Below are positions 52,881-61,609 of a stretch of DNA of 64,000 bases, piece after piece. The position numbers and the translations under genes were made by a program. Below the pieces are notes generated by a model, which was not told where the DNA came from, did not search any database, and was given only the letters and a program-made list of their open reading frames with translations. This DNA is from an uncultured Trueperaceae bacterium (GTDB taxonomy: Bacteria > Deinococcota > Deinococci > Deinococcales > Trueperaceae). The stretch is taken from assembly GCA_963727505.1 (NCBI GenBank), contig CAVSGP010000002.1:128001-192000 (forward strand). The letters run 5' to 3'. Positions within the stretch are counted from its first letter, which is position 1; each line of letters starts with the position of its first letter.

Positions 52881-55820
52881 TCAGAAGTTGACGGTGTAGG
52901 TGATCTGGAACGCCTGGGCCGACGAATCGGTCGGCGTCGTGGCCGTGTTGTGGTTCTGGTACACGCCGTACGAGAACTCGAGGTCGTAGTAGTTCCAGAT
53001 GACCTCGTAGCCGCTCGTGTTCTGCTGCGTGTCAGTACCGGTGAACACATCGCCGTTGGAGATGTCAGAGGCGTTGTCGCCCGAGGAACCCGTGAAGGTG
53101 TTGGGGTTCGTCTCGATGTTCTGACCGCTCCAGGAACCGTACTTGGCCGTCAGCGCGCTGTGGTCGAAGAGGAACTGGTTCAGGACCAGTCCGACGCTCC
53201 ACTGCAGCTCATTGGCCGTGTAGGTCTGGGCGTTCGTGTGGCTGCTGGTGCGGTAGTTGACCGCGCCCATCAGACTCGGCTTCAGCGGGACGTTGAGGGG
53301 CGTCGTGCTGAGGCCGGTACCCACCTGGATCGTGGACGTGTCATCCGCGACGTACGTGTGGGTGATCGTCTCGTACTCGGCGTACGGAGTCAGCGTGACG
53401 ATGGAGACGTTGAGCGTGTAGTCGCCCTTGGCGTCGATCGTCGTGGTGTTGTAGCTCGCACCGGTCTGCTTGTAGGTGGCCTCGAGGTTGAGGCCCTTGA
53501 TCAGTGCGTTGTCCGCCGAGCCGTCGTGCTTCAGCGTGACGCCGAAGCCGGTGTCGTAGTTGTTGTCCAGCGAGACGTCGCCCATGGCCGGCAGGAGCGC
53601 AACGCCGTTGGCCTGGAGGTTGCTCTCCAGGTCCCCGACCTGCGTGCCGTCGATGGTGACGTTGTGGAAGAAGCCGCTCAGGCTGAAGCCGGCGAACAGC
53701 TGGGCCGTCGCGTCGGCGCCGTAGGCCTGGACGCTATGGGTCGGGGTAGCCGTGACGTTGAAGTCGTAGCTGTCGTAGTAACCCGACACGTCGAGGATGA
53801 ACAGCCCGAGCGACGCGTTGACGCCGTAGCCGGTCTGGCCAACGGGGTTGCCTTCGCCGTCGGTCAGCGCGAACGGGTAGTTGCCGTCGTTGTTGTTGTT
53901 CGGCGCCATGTTGAACCCGTTGACTTCCCAGTTCTGCGGGATGTCGCGGTAGTTCACATCGAGGCTGTTGAGAATCGGGATGTTCTTGCCGTCGATGTTG
54001 AGCTTGGCGTAGAGCAGCGTGTTGCTGACGTCGTTAGCCGGCGTCACCTGGTCGGTCTTGCTGCCCTGGGCCCACTCGAAGCCGAGGTTGAACATGCTGA
54101 CGCTGGCGTTGGCGTCGACACCGTAGACCGTGTCCGTGATGTTGTTGTTGTCGACGTTGTCCTTGACGCCCGCGTTGGCCGCGGTCTGGGCGAAGCTGCC
54201 GCCGATCGTGATGCCCGTGAAGGGGTTCACGGTCAGATGAGCACCGCGCATGTAGGTGTTGCCGCCCGTGGTCGCGCCGGTGACGCTGTCGGCCATCGGA
54301 GCGGTGTAAGCCACCGTCAGGCTCGGGTTGATGAACTTCAGGAAGCCGGGCGAGGTGAGTGTCGCCACGAAGCCGGGTTCGTCCGTCGACACGATGTAGT
54401 CCGTGAACGTGGTGTCCACATTGGTGCCGAAGGAGAACGTCAGCGGGGCCGCGCCGATGCCATTGAACGTGGTCGTGAAGCCGTCGACGTGGAACACGTA
54501 GCCGGCGGTGGCGCTGCCGTCACCCGAGTACGGGTCGCCGTTGGCGTCGACCAGGGTGAGGCCCGTCGCCTTGACCATGCTCAGCGTAAGGACCGCGTCG
54601 AAGCTGTTGAGGGCGTTCGGGCTGCCAGTGCCGTTGAGCGAGGTGCCGAGGCTGATGTTCAGGTTGAGCGTCGCGGCGACGTCGCCAGACGTCTGGGTGA
54701 TGTCCTGGCGGTCCTGCGCGAGCTCGCCCGTGTCGGTCTGGTAGCCGCTGTCGCCTTCTTCGTCGGAGCCGAGTTCCTTGGCGCCGGAGCTGAAGATCGA
54801 ATCACCCATGCTGCGCGTCTGACCGACGCCGTAGGCGCGGTCCACGTCGAACGGGTGGCCCAGCGTGCGGCCGACGAAGTAGCTGAGCTCGATCGAGCCG
54901 CTGATGCCGAGCGGGTTGTTTTCGAGGGCAGTGACGCGATTCTGCAGGCCGGCGATGTCCTTGGTCTGCTGCTGGTCACTGGTCTCGAGGGCCGACACGC
55001 GATCGCGGAGAGCGACCTGGTCCCGGCGCAGCAGGATGACGAACTCGCGGATGTTCGCGATATCGCTCGAGTTGCGCTGGATGTCGCCCTGGACGCCGGA
55101 GAGGTCCACCGAGCCGCCGGCCGAGGTGGCCGGTTGCGAAGGCATGTTGTTCACCTTGTCGCTCAGCATCTGGATGACCTTGTTGGCGGCCGCGATGTCG
55201 GACGCGTTCTGCTGTGCCTGCGACATGGCCTGGCTGGCCAGGTCGTGGGCGTCGTTGGCGCGCTTGGCCGCGGCGTCAGCCTGGGCCTGCGCGGTGTCGA
55301 TGGCAACGCGCTGCGAAGCGATCTGGTTCTGCAGGTCGCGAAGGACCGCGGAATCCGTGCCGCTGGGCAGGTTGTTGAGCTTCTGCTCGACCTGGTCGAG
55401 GCGAGAGGAGTTGGAGGCGATCGACGACTTGTTCGCCGTCACATCGTCGGAGAGGCTAGCGATGGCGCTCTCCGCCGAGGATAGACGCACCCCTTGCGAG
55501 GCCACATCCGAGGCGAGACCCTGCACGGCGTTACGCAGCGATTCGATATCGGACTTCGTCATGGCCAGCGAGCTGTTGACGTTCTGGTTGACAACGTCGA
55601 GCAGCCGGCTGATCACGAGCGCAGCCTGGTAACGCGTGAAGGCTTCGTTGCCGCGGAAGGTACCGTCGGGGAAGCCGATGACGATGCCCAGGTTGGCGAT
55701 GCGGGAGACGGCGTCGGCAGCCCAGTGGTTCGCCGGAATGTCCGGGAACGACGTGCTGTTCTGCGCGAGAGCGCCACTCACCAGCGTCGCCGCCAGGAGC
55801 GTGAGTACGAGTTTTTTCAT
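52881..55820 (-). CDS. slpA: S-layer/outer-membrane tether protein SlpA (SLH + coiled coil + beta-barrel)
   Basis: Signal peptide MKKLV..; SLH (FPDIPANHWA..GFPDGTFRGN..TRYQ); about 300-aa coiled coil; alternating beta strands; C-terminal Phe (YTVNF); 979 aa. Confidence 0.9.
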   Translation of the reverse strand: MKKLVLTLLAATLVSGALAQNSTSFPDIPANHWAADAVSRIANLGIVIGFPDGTFRGNEAFTRYQAALVISRLLDVVNQNVNSSLAMTKSDIESLRNAVQGLASDVASQGVRLSSAESAIASLSDDVTANKSSIASNSSRLDQVEQKLNNLPSGTDSAVLRDLQNQIASQRVAIDTAQAQADAAAKRANDAHDLASQAMSQAQQNASDIAAANKVIQMLSDKVNNMPSQPATSAGGSVDLSGVQGDIQRNSSDIANIREFVILLRRDQVALRDRVSALETSDQQQTKDIAGLQNRVTALENNPLGISGSIELSYFVGRTLGHPFDVDRAYGVGQTRSMGDSIFSSGAKELGSDEEGDSGYQTDTGELAQDRQDITQTSGDVAATLNLNISLGTSLNGTGSPNALNSFDAVLTLSMVKATGLTLVDANGDPYSGDGSATAGYVFHVDGFTTTFNGIGAAPLTFSFGTNVDTTFTDYIVSTDEPGFVATLTSPGFLKFINPSLTVAYTAPMADSVTGATTGGNTYMRGAHLTVNPFTGITIGGSFAQTAANAGVKDNVDNNNITDTVYGVDANASVSMFNLGFEWAQGSKTDQVTPANDVSNTLLYAKLNIDGKNIPILNSLDVNYRDIPQNWEVNGFNMAPNNNNDGNYPFALTDGEGNPVGQTGYGVNASLGLFILDVSGYYDSYDFNVTATPTHSVQAYGADATAQLFAGFSLSGFFHNVTIDGTQVGDLESNLQANGVALLPAMGDVSLDNNYDTGFGVTLKHDGSADNALIKGLNLEATYKQTGASYNTTTIDAKGDYTLNVSIVTLTPYAEYETITHTYVADDTSTIQVGTGLSTTPLNVPLKPSLMGAVNYRTSSHTNAQTYTANELQWSVGLVLNQFLFDHSALTAKYGSWSGQNIETNPNTFTGSSGDNASDISNGDVFTGTDTQQNTSGYEVIWNYYDLEFSYGVYQNHNTATTPTDSSAQAFQITYTVNF

Positions 55821-56034
55821 GCTTGGGTACCCCTTGAACTCTGAGAGTCGAATTCGTTTCGCGACGGTGTCACAAGACCTTAGTGATGCAGGGTTGCGGG
55901 AGTGTCCTTGTTTCCTCGCCGCTTCTGCACATGCGGTGCCTGGGATTCCGTCGAGACTCGCCTGACGCAGGGACCGGTTCAAGGTAGTGCACCTCCTTCC
56001 GGGTGCGGCCCCAGGCCACGGACAAATCCGGCCT

Positions 56035-56063
56035 AGTATCCCACAACGATGAGGGGGTGTCAA
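56035..56063 (-). promoter_or_regulatory. slpA promoter
   Basis: TTGACA(56063-56058)-17-GATACT(56040-56035). Confidence 0.75.
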
Positions 56064-56221
56064 GCTGGATGAATCAATTATGAGAGGGAGAATCCACGCT
56101 CGGTATCGCAGAAATCGACTTTGTGAAGTCGCGCACTCATGTTCTACTCATGAGAGCGAAAGCGCCCCGTCCCGGACGGCGCCCGTGAAGATGAGGAACG
56201 CGAGAAGGTAGGATGCCCGGC

Positions 56222-57175
56222 ATGGCGCGCATCACCGTCCCCGAAGCCGAGGCCCTGCTGGACAAGGCGTTCCCCGTCCTCGACCACGGCTTCGTGCGGC
56301 TGGTCGACTACCTCGGAGGCGACACCCGCATCGTGCAGGCCGCCCGCGTGTCCTACGGCGAGGGCACCAAGACGGTGCGCGAGGACCGCGCCCTGATCGA
56401 CTACCTGCTGCGCAACCGTCACACCAGTCCCTTCGAGCAGGTGATCCTGACCTTCCACGTCAAGATGCCGATCTTCGTGGCGCGCCAGTGGATCCGGCAC
56501 CGAACCGCCCGTCTCAACGAGATCAGCGGTCGCTACTCCGTGATGCGCGACGAGTTCTACGTCCCGCGACCGTTCGAGGTCCGCTTCCAGAGCCAGCGCA
56601 ACCGCCAGGGGGGCAGCCAGGACGAGGTTCCCGACGAGCTGCGCGAGCGCGTGATCGAAGCGCTCCGTCACGACCAGGCGACGACCTACGGTCGGTACGA
56701 GGACCTCCTGGAAGACGGCATCGCACGCGAGCTGGCACGCATCAACCTGCCGCTGAGCCTCTACACCGAGATGTACTGGCAGATCGATCTCAACAACCTC
56801 TTCCACTTCCTGCGTCTGCGCATGGACTGGCACGCCCAGTACGAGATCCGCGCCTACGGCGACGTCATGTCGACCATGGTGCGCGCCGTTTGCCCGCTAG
56901 CCTTCGAAGCCTTCGAGGAGCATGCGCTGGGGGCCCGGACCTTCTCGGCCAGCGAGCTGCAGGTGCTGCGCCAGGCGATCGACGAGGCCGCGCTGGCCGA
57001 GGCGCTCGAGGCCAGCACGCTGCGCAAGACGCGACGGCGCGAGTTCCTCGACAAGCTGGCCGCGCCAACCGCTGCGCCCACCGCGCCCCCCGATGCGGCG
57101 GGCGCCGACGCCGCCGACGCCGGAGCAGCGTCGGTGTCGGAACCCGGCGCAACGGACGATCCCAGCGACGGCTGA
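56222..57175 (+). CDS. thyX: Flavin-dependent thymidylate synthase
   Basis: AARVSY, H.SPFE, RQWIRHR, NEISGRY (RHRx7S), RELAR, HAQYEIR; leaderless TAGGAT-7-ATG. Confidence 0.96.
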   Translation: MARITVPEAEALLDKAFPVLDHGFVRLVDYLGGDTRIVQAARVSYGEGTKTVREDRALIDYLLRNRHTSPFEQVILTFHVKMPIFVARQWIRHRTARLNEISGRYSVMRDEFYVPRPFEVRFQSQRNRQGGSQDEVPDELRERVIEALRHDQATTYGRYEDLLEDGIARELARINLPLSLYTEMYWQIDLNNLFHFLRLRMDWHAQYEIRAYGDVMSTMVRAVCPLAFEAFEEHALGARTFSASELQVLRQAIDEAALAEALEASTLRKTRRREFLDKLAAPTAAPTAPPDAAGADAADAGAASVSEPGATDDPSDG

Positions 57176-57187
57176 GAGCGTCGCGTC

Positions 57188-57646
57188 GTGCGTTTCCGCC
57201 TGATCGCCGTCGGCCGCCTCAAGCGGGACTTCTTCCGTGCCGGCTGCCAGCACTACGTCGAGCGGCTGCAGCCGCTCTCCCGGCTCGAGGTGGTCGAGCT
57301 CAAGGAGGGCCGCTCGGGGGACGCCGCCGCCGTCCGTGAGGCCGAGAGCACCGCTCTGCTCGCAGCCTCCCAGGGACGTACCGTCGCCCTCGACGAACGC
57401 GGGAGGGCCTTCGACACCCGCACGCTGGCCGCCCACCTCGACGCTCTGGAGGTGCGCGGCATCAGCCAGATCAGCTTGCTGGTGGGCGGCGCCGAGGGAC
57501 ACGCACCTTGGCTCCGCGAACGTACCGAGGAGGCGTGGAGCCTCTCCCCGCTCACGCTCCCGCACGACCTCGCGCGTCTGGTCCTGTTGGAGCAGCTCTA
57601 CCGCGTCGAGACGCTGCGTGCCGGGCACCCCTACCACCGGGGCTGA
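57188..57646 (+). CDS. rlmH: 23S rRNA pseudouridine-1915 N3-methyltransferase
   Basis: AVG, LDERG, GGAEG, SLSPLTLPH, EQLYR, HPYHR. Confidence 0.95.
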   Translation: MRFRLIAVGRLKRDFFRAGCQHYVERLQPLSRLEVVELKEGRSGDAAAVREAESTALLAASQGRTVALDERGRAFDTRTLAAHLDALEVRGISQISLLVGGAEGHAPWLRERTEEAWSLSPLTLPHDLARLVLLEQLYRVETLRAGHPYHRG

Positions 57647-57693
57647 TCACACCCGTGCTTGATTACACCCGTGGCTGACAACACCCGGGCTGA
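57632..57693. repeat. Degenerate 15-16-bp tandem repeats starting inside the rlmH 3' end
   Basis: TACCACCGGGGCTGA / TCACACCCGTGCTTGA / TTACACCCGTGGCTGA / CAACACCCGGGCTGA. Confidence 0.75.
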
Positions 57694-57720
57694 GGACGGA
57701 CCCGGTCTCAGCCCCGTTTC
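57687..57720. terminator. Hairpin between convergent rlmH and hypothetical gene
   Basis: GGGCTGAG...CTCAGCCC followed by CGTTTC. Confidence 0.5.
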
Positions 57721-57727
57721 CCGTGGC

Positions 57728-58411
57728 TCAGTCCCCGGCTCGGTCCGAGCCCCCGTTCGGCGTGCCCGCGCCACCGCCGGCGGTCCCCTCCACCATCGCG
57801 AAGAGAGTGAACAGGTCGGTGGCCAGCGCCTCGAGCGCCTCGAAGGGAGCCGCCTCGGAGCCCTCGCACAAGACCAGCATGTGCCGGCTCCCCACCACCA
57901 GCATGGGGCTCACGCCCCGCCCCACGAGCATGCGCTGCATCACGCGCTGGACCGGCCGCGTGAGCCAGGCGCGTGCGGCATCCTCGTCGCGCGCGAAGAC
58001 GCTCACCTCGGCGTCGAAGTCGGACAGCTCGGACAGGGTCAGTCGACGACTCCCGGTCCGACCGGCCTCGATCGATTCGAGCACGGGGTTGCGCCTCGTC
58101 TGCGCCCGCAGGGGCGCGGCCGCGAGCGGCGCGGGCGCGCGCAGCAGCACGCCCGTGGCGAGCGTTCTCACGCTGCCGGTCGGGCCCGAGCGGGCGCGTT
58201 CCTGGTCGAAGAGGAAGAGGGTGGGCTGTCCGGAACGACGCAACCCGTAGAGGGGCTCCAACGCGCGCTCCCCCAGGTCGAGCCACTCCCGCAAGCGGGT
58301 CTCCTGTTGCTGCGCGTCCGCCAGCTCGAGCCGCCGCGCGAAATCGCGCCACTGCTCGCGCCGCGAAGGGTTCCTCTGGCGGCCGCGGAAGAGCATGGCG
58401 TATTCAACCAC
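57728..58411 (-). CDS. Hypothetical protein
   Basis: Typical codon usage; W..FA..L.L and FD....VFARD...AR.WLT..V patterns. Start is 58411 or 58396. Confidence 0.7.
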   Translation of the reverse strand: MVEYAMLFRGRQRNPSRREQWRDFARRLELADAQQQETRLREWLDLGERALEPLYGLRRSGQPTLFLFDQERARSGPTGSVRTLATGVLLRAPAPLAAAPLRAQTRRNPVLESIEAGRTGSRRLTLSELSDFDAEVSVFARDEDAARAWLTRPVQRVMQRMLVGRGVSPMLVVGSRHMLVLCEGSEAAPFEALEALATDLFTLFAMVEGTAGGGAGTPNGGSDRAGD

Positions 58412-58445
58412 AGGCCCGCACGAAGGCGCCCCGCGGGGACGGAAG

Positions 58446-58778
58446 TCAGATGTTGAATCCGAACATGCGCATCTGCTTCTTGCCGTCGTCGGTCATCTTC
58501 TGCGGCGTCCAGGGCGGTGACCACACGAAATCGACCGACACCCGGCTGACGCCGTCGACCTTCATGACGGCGAGCTCGGCATCGGATTGGATGAGGTCCT
58601 GCACGGGGCATCCCATGCTGGTCAGGGTCATGTCGATGTTCACGTGGCCCTCGTCGTCCACATCCAGCTTGTAGACCAGACCCAGATCCACCACGTTCAC
58701 GGGGATCTCCGGGTCGCGCACCACCTTCAGCGCTTCGAGGATCTCCCCCTTCAACTGCTCCTTATCGAGGCCACTCAT
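58446..58778 (-). CDS. DUF59/SufT Fe-S maturation protein
   Basis: V.DPEIPVNVVDLGLVY, MTLTSMGCP, VWSPPW.P..M; leaderless TAGCTT-7-ATG. Confidence 0.92.
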   Translation of the reverse strand: MSGLDKEQLKGEILEALKVVRDPEIPVNVVDLGLVYKLDVDDEGHVNIDMTLTSMGCPVQDLIQSDAELAVMKVDGVSRVSVDFVWSPPWTPQKMTDDGKKQMRMFGFNI

Positions 58779-58820
58779 GATTCACAAGCTAACAGACGCC
58801 GCCGACAGGGCGCGTAGCGC

Positions 58821-59423
58821 TCACGCCCCCTCGTCCTCCGAGCCCGCGGGCCGCACCATCCGGGTAAGCGCGTCCTCGGTCTGGGCCACATCGGCCGCCA
58901 GCTCGTCGCGCACCCGCACCACCCGCTCGTGGAGCGCGTCGATCCGCTCCTTATCGCGCGTCTCCATGGCCGCCAGGGCGTCCTGAAGGGTGCCTTCCAG
59001 GACCTGGAGACGCTCGGCGACATGGCCCTCCAGCGTCTCCGAGGCCGTGCCGATTCGTGAATCCAGGCTCTCCTTCGCCGCGCCCACCTGCGTCTTGAGC
59101 TCGGTGATCGCCGCCTCCAGCCGCCCCTCCAGCCGGTCGGCGGCCTCGCGCTCGCGCGACGCCAGCTTCGAGCGCGCGTCGGTGAGCTGGCGATCGAGCT
59201 GAGTCACCTGCCGCAACTGCGAGGCACGGTCGAGGAGGGCCGCCAGGAAGAACAGGACGGCCAGCGCCACCAGGGTCAGCAGGAGCACCAACCCGAGCGG
59301 CCCCTGCACCGTCACCACCAACAGCCGGATGGGTACGGGCTGCGTCAGCGCGTCGAAGTTGAACGCCGCCAGCAACGCCGCCAGCAGCACGACGACGGTC
59401 AGGAGGATGCCGCGGAATCGCAT
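58821..59423 (-). CDS. LapA-like membrane protein with cytoplasmic coiled coil
   Basis: Two N-terminal TMs with N...V.I.L...PLG, followed by a long heptad region. Confidence 0.65.
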   Translation of the reverse strand: MRFRGILLTVVVLLAALLAAFNFDALTQPVPIRLLVVTVQGPLGLVLLLTLVALAVLFFLAALLDRASQLRQVTQLDRQLTDARSKLASREREAADRLEGRLEAAITELKTQVGAAKESLDSRIGTASETLEGHVAERLQVLEGTLQDALAAMETRDKERIDALHERVVRVRDELAADVAQTEDALTRMVRPAGSEDEGA

Positions 59424-59516
59424 CGTGCTTCGACTCTACCAGGCGCGGCGCGACCCGCCACGCTCGGCTGGCACCGCGCGCGCGCCGCCTTCGGGCGGCG
59501 GCGGCCGGCCGCGCCC

Positions 59517-60578
59517 TCACCACTCCGCGAAACGATCGCGGTGGACGACCAGCGCCAGGCCCAGGGCCATCAGGGTCGAGATCAGGCTGGTGCCGCCGTA
59601 CGACACCAGGGGCAGGGTGATGCCCGTGACCGGCGCCAGGCCCAGCGTGACGCCGATGTTGACCAGCACCTGAAAGCTGATGAGCACCATCACCCCCATG
59701 ATCACCAGCTTGTCCCGGTCCTTGGGACAGTCGTTGGCCATGGCGACCAGCCGCCAGAAGAGCACCCCGTACAGAAGCAACAGGGTCACCGACGCCACGA
59801 AGCCGCCCTCTTCGGCGAGCACCGGGAAGATGAAGTCGGTCTGGCGGAAGGGGATGAAGCCGAGCTGCGACTGGGTGCCCTTCTTGTAGCCCTTCCCGAA
59901 CAGCCCGCCCGAGCCCACCGCGATGGTGGACTGGATGACCTGGTAGCCGCTCCCCTGCGGGTCGGCCGAGGGGTTCACGAACGAGACCAGCCGCGCACGC
60001 TGGTACGCGCCGAGATGGGGCAGAACCACGGTGGGGACCGCCACCCCGAGGAGCACCACGGCGACCGCCAGGTGCCGCCAGGGGATGCCGCGCACCAGCA
60101 TCATGCCGGCCCCGATGGCGGCGATGACCAGGGCGGTTCCGAGGTCGGGCTCGAGCACCACCAGCGCCAGCGGCGGCAACAGCAGCAGGATGGGGCGGGC
60201 GTAGTTGAGCGGGCCCCGCAACGGCCGCTCGTGCATCGCCGACGCCATCACCAGGATCAGCGTGAGCTTGGCGAACTCCGAAGGCTGGAAGCCCGGAAGC
60301 GGACCGAGGTAGAGCCACGACTTCGCACCGTTGACGGTGGTCCCGATGGCGGACACCGCGAGCAGCAGCACCAGGCTGAGGACGTACAGGTAGGGGACCA
60401 GCCCGGTGATCCGGCGCCAGCCCAACCACAACAGCCCCCCCGCCATGGCCAGGCCTGCCACCAGGAAGACGCCCTGGCGGAGCAACTCGTGCGGCGGCGC
60501 GGCGCTGCTCAAGGTGGCCAGACCGGCCGCCAGGAGCAGGATCACCACCGCGGGCAGACTGAGGTCGACGCGTGCCAA
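59517..60578 (-). CDS. rodA: SEDS peptidoglycan polymerase RodA
   Basis: GAKSW, QPSEFAK, EPDLGT, YQ..R, GYQ..QS..AVGSGG..GKG, TDFIF, P.TGITLP.VSYGG. TTG start after GGAGG; alternative start 60626. Confidence 0.93.
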   Translation of the reverse strand: MARVDLSLPAVVILLLAAGLATLSSAAPPHELLRQGVFLVAGLAMAGGLLWLGWRRITGLVPYLYVLSLVLLLAVSAIGTTVNGAKSWLYLGPLPGFQPSEFAKLTLILVMASAMHERPLRGPLNYARPILLLLPPLALVVLEPDLGTALVIAAIGAGMMLVRGIPWRHLAVAVVLLGVAVPTVVLPHLGAYQRARLVSFVNPSADPQGSGYQVIQSTIAVGSGGLFGKGYKKGTQSQLGFIPFRQTDFIFPVLAEEGGFVASVTLLLLYGVLFWRLVAMANDCPKDRDKLVIMGVMVLISFQVLVNIGVTLGLAPVTGITLPLVSYGGTSLISTLMALGLALVVHRDRFAEW

Positions 60579-60808
60579 CGCCTTCCCTCCCCTTCCTCGG
60601 CGAGAGCTGTCTCGCTCGCGCTCCACAGCCTACCAACCCGGCCTCCGTGAGCGCCGGGTGGCGGCGTCACGGTCGCCCCGCAGCGGGCGTCCTCGAGGAC
60701 ATGGTTCGCGCCTTCCCGCCCCCCAACGAGGCGCGGGGAGGGACCGCGCGGCGCGGGCGTCAGGTGCGCGACCTCCCGGCCCCGCCGGCGACCGCATCCT
60801 ACGGCTGG

Positions 60809-61555
60809 ATGAGGTGGCGATCCCCCGATGCCCTGTTCGCGCGTCGACGCCCCAAAGCGAGGGCGGCGCGGCGCGGGCTCGAGCGCACGTTGCGTCCTGC
60901 GCGAGGGCGTGCACTGGGGCGTGCACTGGGGCGTGCGCTGCTGGCCGTCGCCCTGACGGCCGGCACCGCACTCGCGGCCCCCTCGGACGCCGCGGGGCAG
61001 CGCTCGAAGCTACCGCCCGCCCCCGCTCGATCCGGCCCGCCCCCGGCCCGGCTCCTCGACACCACCGTCATCGCCTTCGAAGCGAGCGATCCGCTCGGCG
61101 GCTTCACCGGCCACGCTCCCGTGGCCGCTGCGACGCTTCAGGTCGATCCGGCGCGCCCCTCGACGGCGCGCGGGTCGCTCACCGTCCGGGCCGGCAGCAT
61201 CACCACCGGCAACGCCATCCGGGACCGCAACGCCGAGCGTGGCGTCTTCGAGGCCGACCGCTACCCGGTCCTTCGCTACGCCATCGCCGACGTGCAGGCC
61301 AACCCGACCGACCTACCCGACGGCGGGACCGGTCGTGTGGTCGTGACCGGGAAACTCACGATGCACGGGATCACCCGCGAGGTCGTCGCGACGGGAACGG
61401 TGGAACGCAGTGGAGACCGGCTCGAGGCTCACCTCCATCTCGACGTCCGGCTGACCGACTTCGGCATGGACCGGCCCCGCTTCCTCTTCATCCAGGTCGA
61501 CGACCTGGTGAAGGTCACCGTCGACCTGGCGTTGCGCTCGGCCCTGACGCCCTAA
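60809..61555 (+). CDS. YceI family periplasmic lipid/isoprenoid-binding protein
   Basis: Signal-like LLAVALTAGTALA; ITTGNAIRD, F....YP, GKLTMHGITR.V, DFGM. Start uncertain. Confidence 0.85.
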   Translation: MRWRSPDALFARRRPKARAARRGLERTLRPARGRALGRALGRALLAVALTAGTALAAPSDAAGQRSKLPPAPARSGPPPARLLDTTVIAFEASDPLGGFTGHAPVAAATLQVDPARPSTARGSLTVRAGSITTGNAIRDRNAERGVFEADRYPVLRYAIADVQANPTDLPDGGTGRVVVTGKLTMHGITREVVATGTVERSGDRLEAHLHLDVRLTDFGMDRPRFLFIQVDDLVKVTVDLALRSALTP

Positions 61556-61590
61556 CGCCCCGCCGCCCTGACGCCCCGCCGCCCTGACGC
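61541..61590. repeat. 8/16-bp tandem repeats across the yceI stop
   Basis: GCCCTGAC, GCCCTAACGCCCCGCC, GCCCTGACGCCCCGCC, GCCCTGACGC. Confidence 0.8.
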
Positions 61591-61609
61591 TCTCACGCCC
61601 AGCTCGGGT

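Noticed and set aside
52881..56200. Lower-GC slpA region as a horizontally acquired island
   Set aside because: Explained by Asn/Thr/Asp-rich composition and promoter DNA; no mobility genes or flanking repeats.
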